DNA from: an archaeon
GTDB lineage: Archaea; Iainarchaeota; Iainarchaeia; Iainarchaeales; CSSED10-239
Direction: 5' to 3'
Assembly (NCBI GenBank): GCA_041677685.1
Contig: JBAYPN010000005.1
Span: forward strand, 1 to 32,000
Length of the DNA stretch: 32,000 bases
In this document: positions 16,423 through 23,296 of the stretch, piece by piece
Numbering within the stretch: position 1 is the stretch's first letter
Layout of the letters: every line of letters starts with the position of its first letter
Notes under the pieces: generated by a model
Database searches by the model: none
Seen by the model: only the letters and a program-made list of their open reading frames with translations
Told to the model about the DNA's origin: nothing
Translations under genes and position numbers: made by a program

Positions 16423-16653
16423 GTGATTATGGCAAAGAAGAAAGGTGGCGGAGAAAAGAAAGGTAAAAAAACTAGGAAGAAAACAACTAATGTTAAAAAA
16501 AGTGAGTTTTATACTGTTTCTAATAACTCTGTTGAAAGACTTGGAAAAGATTGTCCAAAATGTGGGGCTGGAGTAAAGATGGCTGCACATAAGGAGAAAG
16601 ATAATAAAACTAGATTTGCTTGTGGTAAGTGCGGACTTACTACTTGGGAATAG
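16423..16653 (+). CDS. rps27ae: 30S ribosomal protein eS31 (S27ae) with a K/G-rich N-terminal extension
   Basis: 76 aa with the zinc ribbon CPKCGAGVKMAAH...CGKCGLT, directly after eS24. Confidence 0.85.
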   Translation: MIMAKKKGGGEKKGKKTRKKTTNVKKSEFYTVSNNSVERLGKDCPKCGAGVKMAAHKEKDNKTRFACGKCGLTTWE

Positions 16654-16745
16654 TTTTTTTATAATTTAGATTGGAAAGTAAAAAAGGGTGATTAAAGATT
16701 TATTTTCTATTAGATTTCTTTTTCTTTTTTTTTCCAATTTATTTT

Positions 16746-17231
16746 GTGTTTTTTTTAAATAGAAAAATAAAATTAAAAGAAATATTTTATAATTTTGGGT
16801 TAAGAAAGATATCTTTTTCTAATCTAGTTAAGCACACATTAATTCTTTTTTTTTTAATTTTTATAATTAGTATTTCTTTAAGCACAATTTTTACTTTTGT
16901 AGGTTTAGATGATCTTCATCTAGTAAGTAGCACAATTCTTTCTATACCTCTCTTGTATATCTTCTATTTATTTGTAATTAGAGTATTTTTAGAAGAATGG
17001 TTTTTTAGAGGTTTTCTTGTTAACAGAATTGGAGTTTATTTATCTTCCTTGTTGTTTGCAATAGGGCACATCTCATATGGCTCAATTGTTGAAGTTATTG
17101 GTGCCTTTATTCTTGGAGTTGTTCTTGGTAAATATTATTTAAAGACTAAGAATCTTTGGGTTAATTATTTAGCACATTTTTTATATAATTTTTCAGCTTT
17201 TCTTCTAATGACTCTTGCACAAACTTTATAA
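16746..17231 (+). CDS. CPBP-family (CAAX/Abi) intramembrane metalloprotease, short form
   Basis: The motifs EEWFFRG, FAIGH and HFLYN occur in order within a 4-5 TM protein. No in-frame ATG precedes the motifs, so the start is GTG 16746. An upstream in-frame ATT at 16698 lies 6 nt after a GGTGA box, so the start is uncertain. Confidence 0.75.
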   Translation: MFFLNRKIKLKEIFYNFGLRKISFSNLVKHTLILFFLIFIISISLSTIFTFVGLDDLHLVSSTILSIPLLYIFYLFVIRVFLEEWFFRGFLVNRIGVYLSSLLFAIGHISYGSIVEVIGAFILGVVLGKYYLKTKNLWVNYLAHFLYNFSAFLLMTLAQTL

Positions 17232-17415
17232 CTTTTAAATTAACTTCTTATTAGTAAATAACTCTAATATTGCTTATTTTTGTTTTATATAGTATGATTC
17301 TTATTTGTGGTACTTTTAAAGTGTTTATAATGTATTTTTATGCACACCTATATTTTATAAATATATATATACGGCTCACACTATACTTATATTGGATTGT
17401 TTAATTCAAAGTTAG

Positions 17416-17575
17416 GTTCAAGAATTAGAGAGAGAGTTTTTGAGCTTATCAAAAGGAGATGGTATAAAGAGCGGAGAAAATAATTGATGACTATACAACT
17501 GCAATCCGATAGTTGAGGGAATAAACCCACCAGGTTTCATGGAAACATATTAGGACTGATTCCCTCATCTTGAAC
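17416..17575 (+). ncRNA. Candidate structured non-coding RNA of unknown class (~160-nt multi-helix domain)
   Basis: The closing helix is GUUCAAGA 17416-17423 paired with UCUUGAAC 17568-17575. Hairpins lie at 17437-17455 (7 bp), 17489-17514 (6 bp) and 17515-17566 (8-bp stem GAGGGAAU/AUUCCCUC, with inner stem 17534-17538/17542-17546). There is no ORF, and G+C is locally higher than the AT-only flanks. An AT-only TATA-like block lies at 17349-17371 and oligo-T runs follow. Confidence 0.4.
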
Positions 17576-17576
17576 A

Positions 17577-17625
17577 TTTTCATTTTTTAAATAACTTTTT
17601 TTAATAATCTAATTTTTCTTTTTTT
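17577..17625 (+). terminator. Cluster of oligo-T tracts (T4, T6, T7, T5, T7) just 3' of the candidate RNA
   Basis: The sequence is TTTTCATTTTTTAAATAACTTTTTTTAATAATCTAATTTTTCTTTTTTT. Oligo-T is the archaeal intrinsic termination signal. Confidence 0.35.
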
Positions 17626-17826
17626 AATTACCGTTACCTTTTCTTTAATTTTAGTAACTTTTAATTATTAATTTCAAAAATAGAAATTATAAATATCTTT
17701 TTCTTATATATTATAATTAAAATACATTATTCTTTACACACAATATAAATATCTTTATAAAATATATGACCCCTTATTCTAATACAAATAACTTTTAATA
17801 CAAATAATTAAAAAAAGAAATCACAT

Positions 17827-20514
17827 ATGTTCTTAATAAATACAAAATTCTCAGAATTATTAAAACAAAAAAAATCTTCTGTAACTTTAGGTTTAGAAAG
17901 TAAAGATGCAAAACAAAGATTAATTAAATTTGGAGCAAACGAATTAATTAAAAACAAAAAAGGGAATCTACTAAAAATTATAATAAGGCAATTTAAAAAT
18001 GCATTAATCTTGTTACTTGTTTTTGCTGGCTTTCTATCTTTGTTTCTAGGAAATACAATTGAGTCAATTGCAATTTTTGTAATTATAATTTTAAATATAA
18101 TTTTAGGCTTTATCCAAGAATACAGAGCAGAAAAAGCAATTGATGCTTTAAAAAAAATATCAGAACCATTCACAAGAGTTATAAGGGATGGTGTGACTTT
18201 AAAAATTCCTTCAAAAGAAGTTGTTGTTGGAGATATAGTTGTTATTGAGGCAGGAGATATTGTTTCTTGTGATGGTGTCTTGTTTGAAACTTCAAGCCTA
18301 GAAATTGAAGAAGCTTCTTTGACAGGTGAGTCTTTAGCTTCAAAAAAATCTGTTACTTCTAAAGATATAAATTCTCAAACAATTACAAAAGATGCCTTTG
18401 TCTACATGGGAACAACAGTAACCTATGGTAAAGGAAAATATCTAGTTACAAGTACAGGAATGAACACAGAGTTTGGAAAGATTGCAAAATCTTTACATGA
18501 AACAAAAGAAACACTTACACCTCTACAAATAAAATTTAAAAAACTTGCAAGACAGATTGGAATTGTTGCTGTAATTTTAATTATTATTGTTTTACTTTTA
18601 GGACTCTTACAAAACACTTTATCTTTTGAAAAAATGATCTTGTTTGCTTTAGCTTTAACTGTGTCTACAATTCCAAATTCTTTACCAATCATTGTAACTG
18701 TTGGCTTATCTATTGGTTCTAAAAAACTTGCAAAACAAAACCTTCTAATAAAGACTCTTCCTGCTGCTGAAAGCCTTGGCTCAGTAACAATCATTGTTAG
18801 TGATAAAACAGGAACAATTACCAAAAATCAAATGACAGCCACGCAACTTTACATAAATCATAAAATAATAGATGTGACAGGAACTGGGTATGTTCCAAAA
18901 GGAGAATTCTATTTTAATAATAGATTAGTAAATAAAAAAGAATTAGAATTATTATTAAAGATAGGTTACTTGTGTAATAACTCAAAGCTTACAAAAAAAG
19001 AAAATAGACATGAGATAATTGGAGATCCAACAGAAGGGGCATTGATTGTTTTAGGTGAAAAACAAAACATTAAAGAAGATCTTAAAAATTATTCTCTAAT
19101 TGAAGAATTGCCATTTGATTCTGATAGAAAAATAATGTCTTCAATCTATAGTAATAATTTAGTTAACAAAAAAGAAGCATATGTTAAAGGAGCTTATGAT
19201 CTTTTAATTAAAAGATGCACAAAGATTTTAGATGATGGAAAGATAAGAGCAATTACTAAAAAGGATATTACTAAGTTAAATGAAATAAATATACTTTTTG
19301 CAAACAAAGCTCTAAGAGTTTTAGGTCTAGCTTACAAAGATGTTTCTAATCTTAAAAAATATAATTTTAAAAACATAGAAGAAGATCTAGTTTTTGTGGG
19401 GCTAGTGGGGATGATTGATCCTCCAAGAGACGAAATTAAACAGGCAATTGCTGATTGTAAGAGTGCTGGAATAGAAACTATGATTGTTACAGGAGACCAT
19501 GCGACAACAACTATTGCTGTTGCAAAACAGATTGGTATCTATAAAAAAGATGATGTTGTTCTAACTGGAAAAGATGTTGAAGAAATGAGTGACTTACAAC
19601 TTGAAAACATAATTGATAAAATTAGAATTGTTGCAAGAGTCTTACCAATTCAGAAATTAAGAATCGTCTCTGCTTTACAAAAGAAAGGGCATGTTGTTGC
19701 AATGACAGGAGATGGTGTTAATGATTCTCCTGCTTTAAAAAAGGCAGATATCGGGGTGTCTATGGGTATTACTGGAACTGATGTTTCAAAAGAAGTCTCA
19801 AAAGCTATACTTGTAGATGATAATTTTGCAACAATTGTAAATGGTATAAAAGAAGGTAGAAACATCTATGATAAGATGATTAAGTCTGCAAAATATTTGT
19901 TATCTTGTAATGCTGGAGAAATCTTTACTGTCTTTTTTGCAATACTTTTGGGCTTTCCTTTACCACTCTTACCTTTACAGATTTTGTTGATGAGCATTTT
20001 AACTGATGACTTTCCTGCTTTAGGTCTAGGCTTTGAAAAAGGAGAGCCTAAGATTATGAAAAGACCTCCAAGGGTGCCAAATGAGAATCCAATTTCTAGA
20101 AAATTATTTTTATCAATTATTATTTTTGGTTTTATTATGGGTTTAGGCACATTATTATTATTTAATAGTTATTTACCATTTGGTCTTTCTAAGGCACAAA
20201 CAGTTGCTTTTACAACTCTTGTTATGTTTCAAGTCTTTGCAGTAGTTAGTAGTAGAAGGTTGTATAGTGGTTTTAGACACTTAAACCCATTTACAAATAA
20301 ATATTTATCAGGTGCAATATTTTTGTCAATAGCAATTCAATTAATTGTAATTTATTTCCCTCCATTACAAATTGTCTTTGGAACAGTTTCTTTAGCCTTA
20401 ATTGATTGGGTAAAGATAATTGTAGTTTCAAGTTTAGGTTTTATAATTATGGAAGTTAGTAAGCTTTTCTTTCAAAAAGAAAAGATCTCTTCTTTTGTTC
20501 TTAAAAAGATTTAA
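17827..20514 (+). CDS. P-type cation-transporting ATPase, type II (Ca2+/Mg2+-ATPase-like)
   Basis: 895 aa with LTGES, the DKTGT phosphorylation site (18802-18816), MTGDGVNDSPALKKADIG, an N-terminal cation-ATPase domain, and about 10 TMs including YLLSCNAGE and ILTDDFPALGLG. Confidence 0.9.
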   Translation: MFLINTKFSELLKQKKSSVTLGLESKDAKQRLIKFGANELIKNKKGNLLKIIIRQFKNALILLLVFAGFLSLFLGNTIESIAIFVIIILNIILGFIQEYRAEKAIDALKKISEPFTRVIRDGVTLKIPSKEVVVGDIVVIEAGDIVSCDGVLFETSSLEIEEASLTGESLASKKSVTSKDINSQTITKDAFVYMGTTVTYGKGKYLVTSTGMNTEFGKIAKSLHETKETLTPLQIKFKKLARQIGIVAVILIIIVLLLGLLQNTLSFEKMILFALALTVSTIPNSLPIIVTVGLSIGSKKLAKQNLLIKTLPAAESLGSVTIIVSDKTGTITKNQMTATQLYINHKIIDVTGTGYVPKGEFYFNNRLVNKKELELLLKIGYLCNNSKLTKKENRHEIIGDPTEGALIVLGEKQNIKEDLKNYSLIEELPFDSDRKIMSSIYSNNLVNKKEAYVKGAYDLLIKRCTKILDDGKIRAITKKDITKLNEINILFANKALRVLGLAYKDVSNLKKYNFKNIEEDLVFVGLVGMIDPPRDEIKQAIADCKSAGIETMIVTGDHATTTIAVAKQIGIYKKDDVVLTGKDVEEMSDLQLENIIDKIRIVARVLPIQKLRIVSALQKKGHVVAMTGDGVNDSPALKKADIGVSMGITGTDVSKEVSKAILVDDNFATIVNGIKEGRNIYDKMIKSAKYLLSCNAGEIFTVFFAILLGFPLPLLPLQILLMSILTDDFPALGLGFEKGEPKIMKRPPRVPNENPISRKLFLSIIIFGFIMGLGTLLLFNSYLPFGLSKAQTVAFTTLVMFQVFAVVSSRRLYSGFRHLNPFTNKYLSGAIFLSIAIQLIVIYFPPLQIVFGTVSLALIDWVKIIVVSSLGFIIMEVSKLFFQKEKISSFVLKKI

Positions 20515-20538
20515 TTTTTTTCATTTTTCTCTTTTTTT
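20515..20538 (+). terminator. Oligo-T tracts after the ATPase stop codon
   Basis: TTTTTTTCATTTTTCTCTTTTTTT begins immediately after TAA 20512-20514. Confidence 0.35.
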
Positions 20539-20601
20539 AAAATAAATATATATATATTCTTTTTCTTACCTTAATTATTTACAATTTAGGAAAGATTACT
20601 T

Positions 20602-20940
20602 ATGAGTGAAACTAAAGAAATAATAACTTTTAAAGACTTTATGAAACTAGACATTAAGATTGGAAAAATTATAAATGTAGAGAAAGTTCCAAACTCCAAT
20701 AAATTGTTTAAGATGCAATTTGATTTTGGGGATTTTCAAAGACAGATAGTTGCCGGAATTGCAACTAAATATACAGAAGAAGATTTACTTAGTAAACAGA
20801 TACCTGTAATTGTAAATTTAGAGCCAAGATTGATAATGGGACTAAATAGTCAAGGGATGATTCTTGCAGTTGGAGAGATTGATGTTGATGCTTTGTTATT
20901 CCCTTCACAAGATGTTAAGAATGGGTCTCCTGTTCATTAA
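20602..20940 (+). CDS. Stand-alone tRNA-binding domain protein (Trbp111/CsaA/EMAPII-like OB fold)
   Basis: 112 aa. F.KLDIKIGKIINVEKVPNSNKLFKMQFDFGDFQRQIVAGI...IPVIVNLEPRLIMGLNSQGMILA matches the MetRS-C/Trbp111 domain pattern. Confidence 0.8.
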   Translation: MSETKEIITFKDFMKLDIKIGKIINVEKVPNSNKLFKMQFDFGDFQRQIVAGIATKYTEEDLLSKQIPVIVNLEPRLIMGLNSQGMILAVGEIDVDALLFPSQDVKNGSPVH

Positions 20941-20984
20941 CTTTTCTTTTTAATATTTTTTTAAATTTTTTATTTTTTTGTAAC

Positions 20985-21067
20985 GCAGAGGTGGCAGAGT
21001 GGTCAAATGCACAAGCCTGGAAAGCTTGAGTCGTTAGACTTCGCGAGTTCGAATCTCGTCCTCTGCG
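20985..21067 (+). tRNA. tRNA-Ser (anticodon GGA), class II; no encoded CCA
   Basis: Acceptor GCAGAGG/CCTCTGC plus discriminator G. Anticodon stem CAAGC/GCTTG with loop CTGGAAA. Variable arm AGTC-GTTA-GACT. T-arm GCGAG-TTCGAAT-CTCGT. Confidence 0.9.
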
Positions 21068-21195
21068 TCTGATTTCCATTTCGATTTTAATTTTTCCTTT
21101 TACCATCTAAATCTTAAATTACAAATTAATTTTTCTTAAAATTAATAAATATATTTATAAATAATTTGAAGTAAATATTAAAGAGGTTATTAAAG

Positions 21196-22416
21196 ATGAA
21201 CTTAGAAAAACATAGAAAAGACTTTCCAATTTTAAATTTAAAAAAAAATAAAATAATTTATTTTGATAATGCTGCTTCTTCCTTAAAGCCAAAACAGGTA
21301 ATTAAAGCAATTAATAATTATTATAATGACTACCCTGCAAATGTGCATAGAGGAATACATAGGCTCTCCATGCAAGCCTCGATTGTCTATGAAAAAGCAC
21401 ACGAAGACATAGCTTCTTTTTTTAATTGCAAAAAGGAAGAAGTTATCTTTACACAGAATAGCACAGATGCAATTAACCTAATAATGTATAGCTTATACAA
21501 TTCAAATTATTTTAAGAAAGGCGACGAAATAATTACAAGCATAGAAGAACATCATGCAAATTTTGTGCCTTGGCAATTTTTAGCAAAAAAATTAAAATTA
21601 AAATTAAAGTTTATAAAGTTAACAAAAGATCAAAAGTTAGATGTTTTAGACTTAAAAAAAATAATAACTTCTAAAACAAAATTAGTGGCAATTGCACACA
21701 TCTCAAACACCTTAGGAGTAATTAACCTAATCTCTGAAATAATAAAAATTGCACATTCAAAAAAATCATTAGTGCTAGTCGATGGTTCTCAATCAGCTCC
21801 TCATCTAAAAATAGACTTTGAAAGATTAGATTGTGATTTTTTTGTAGCAACTGCACATAAGATGCTTGGACCAACTGGGATTGGTTGTGTTATAGGTAAA
21901 GAAAAGTTATTAAATAAATTTGAACCATTTAGGTTTGGAGGAGACATGATCAGTAATGTTACCTTAAAAGAATCAAAATGGAATAGTTTACCTTATAAGT
22001 TTGAAGCTGGAACCCCAAACATCTCTGGAGTCTTTGGTTTTTTAGAAGCTGTTAATTATCTTAAAAAAGTTGGTGTTAATAATATTTACAAACATGATAA
22101 AGAGATCTTAAAATATGCTTATGAAAAACTAAAAGAAATTAAAAATATTATAATTTATAATTGTAAAGACATAGACAACCAGATAGGAATAATAATCTTT
22201 AATCTTAAAGGAATTGAGGCAATTGAACTTTCAGCTCTTTTAGATGAGATTTCAGGAGTTGCTACAAGAGCAGGCATGCACTGTGCTCAACCAATAATTG
22301 AAACCTTTGATAGAAAGGGAGTTGTTAGGGCATCCTTTTATTTTTATAATACCAAAAAAGAAGTTGATGTCTTTGTAAAGACTTTAAAAAAGATTGACTT
22401 GATGGTAAACAAATAG
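21196..22416 (+). CDS. sufS: Cysteine desulfurase, SufS/CsdA-type (class V aminotransferase)
   Basis: 406 aa with ANVHRGIHRLS, the PLP lysine in ATAHKMLGPTGIG, and the catalytic Cys in RAGMHCAQP. Confidence 0.85.
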   Translation: MNLEKHRKDFPILNLKKNKIIYFDNAASSLKPKQVIKAINNYYNDYPANVHRGIHRLSMQASIVYEKAHEDIASFFNCKKEEVIFTQNSTDAINLIMYSLYNSNYFKKGDEIITSIEEHHANFVPWQFLAKKLKLKLKFIKLTKDQKLDVLDLKKIITSKTKLVAIAHISNTLGVINLISEIIKIAHSKKSLVLVDGSQSAPHLKIDFERLDCDFFVATAHKMLGPTGIGCVIGKEKLLNKFEPFRFGGDMISNVTLKESKWNSLPYKFEAGTPNISGVFGFLEAVNYLKKVGVNNIYKHDKEILKYAYEKLKEIKNIIIYNCKDIDNQIGIIIFNLKGIEAIELSALLDEISGVATRAGMHCAQPIIETFDRKGVVRASFYFYNTKKEVDVFVKTLKKIDLMVNK

Positions 22417-22460
22417 TTTAGATTGTAAACAAATATTTTTTTAGAAATAACAAGAACCAA

Positions 22461-23216
22461 TTAAGAATTTAATTTTACTTTCTTAATAACCAAAAGTTCT
22501 TTAATATTAATATTTTTATTTTCTATATTTTTAATAATTCCTGGCATATGCCCTGCCCCAACAACAAGCACAATAGTGTTTACTTTTGGGTCCTCTAACA
22601 CCTTTTGAACATGATAACAAATAAACAGATCCCTTTCATCAATCAATATTCTTTTAATTTTTTTATGTTCTCTCATAAAGATATTCATGATCTTGTTAAT
22701 CTGTGTGTTGTCTTCATCTTCCTTTTCAACTTCAGACAAAATCTTGTTAATATCTAAATCTTCCCCAAGTTCTTTTTTAATTTTAAATCCACTAAAAAAT
22801 ATTCTCCATTTGTCCCTAAAGTTAAGAGTTTTTAATAATCTTGAAAGAGTAATATTTACATCTCTGTCTGCAAGAAGTATCTTAGCATCAACCTCTTTTG
22901 CACTATTGATTGCCTGGATCATCTCTGCTCCTGGTGTAATATTAAATTGTCCTGCAATCTTTTTCTGATATTTTGCTAAGAAATATTGTACAAAAAAAAC
23001 TCCTGGTCTTCTTGTTCTAAAGATATCTGAAAATTTAACCTCTCTTCTGTTCTTACTCATGATTGAGTAAAACCTTTGCTTGTCAAGTTCAATTCCAACA
23101 ACTTCTGGTCTCTCTTCTTCAATTGTTTTTTTAACTTGTTCCTTGCTTTTTTTAGAGATGTGTGCTGTTCCAACAACAATTAATCTCTTTTTATTAATTT
23201 CCATTACCTTTTTCAT
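22461..23216 (-). CDS. TraB/PrgY-family protein
   Basis: 251 aa. LIVVGTAHISKKSKEQVKKTIEEERPEVVGIELDKQR, and later VVGAGHMPGI, match the TraB family pattern. Confidence 0.75.
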   Translation of the reverse strand: MKKVMEINKKRLIVVGTAHISKKSKEQVKKTIEEERPEVVGIELDKQRFYSIMSKNRREVKFSDIFRTRRPGVFFVQYFLAKYQKKIAGQFNITPGAEMIQAINSAKEVDAKILLADRDVNITLSRLLKTLNFRDKWRIFFSGFKIKKELGEDLDINKILSEVEKEDEDNTQINKIMNIFMREHKKIKRILIDERDLFICYHVQKVLEDPKVNTIVLVVGAGHMPGIIKNIENKNINIKELLVIKKVKLNS

Positions 23217-23296
23217 ATTATCCCTTTAAGAAATATATTTATAAACTTTAAGTAGTAAATATAATATACTTAAATATATTTAAAAGGTTACATTTT

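Noticed and set aside
17294-17404. 36-codon ORF (MILICGTFKVFIMYFYAHLYFINIYI...) in the large noncoding gap.
   Set aside because: It has no SD. Its composition simply mirrors AT-rich DNA (Ile/Tyr/Phe/Leu), and it runs through the TATA-like block. It is very likely spurious.
17455-17497. GGAGAUGGUAUA...UUGAUGACUAUAC resembles the fluoride (crcB) riboswitch pattern GGnGAUG...UGAUG...CCUAC, including a possible GUAUA/UAUAC pseudoknot.
   Set aside because: The P1 hairpin partner (CnCC) is missing and the central hairpin has no counterpart. The downstream gene is not a fluoride channel. The resemblance rests on short AU-rich matches.
17485-17559. Box C (UGAUGA, 17485-17490) and box D (CUGA, 17556-17559) consensus sequences inside the candidate RNA, suggesting a C/D sRNA.
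   Set aside because: The boxes are about 65 nt apart, longer than typical archaeal C/D sRNAs. There are no convincing C' and D' boxes, and the flanks do not pair to form the terminal stem. CUGA lies in the internal loop adjoining the 8-bp hairpin stem (its last base is the first stem pair) in the alternative fold.
17416-17575. M-box (Mg2+) or yybP-ykoY (Mn2+) riboswitch, given the downstream cation ATPase and the ~160-nt closed domain.
   Set aside because: I could not find the conserved cores as I recall them (GUUAGGUGAGGC...GCUAAAGCUCUAC for the M-box; GGGGAGUAG...UUGACAUA for yybP-ykoY). Several oligo-T runs and a separate promoter-like box lie between the structure and the ATPase. Only a covariance-model search can settle this.
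20915-21106. 63-aa minus-strand ORF.
   Set aside because: It spans the tRNA-Ser(GGA) gene at 20985-21067, and its Arg/Ser-rich translation is the tRNA complement.
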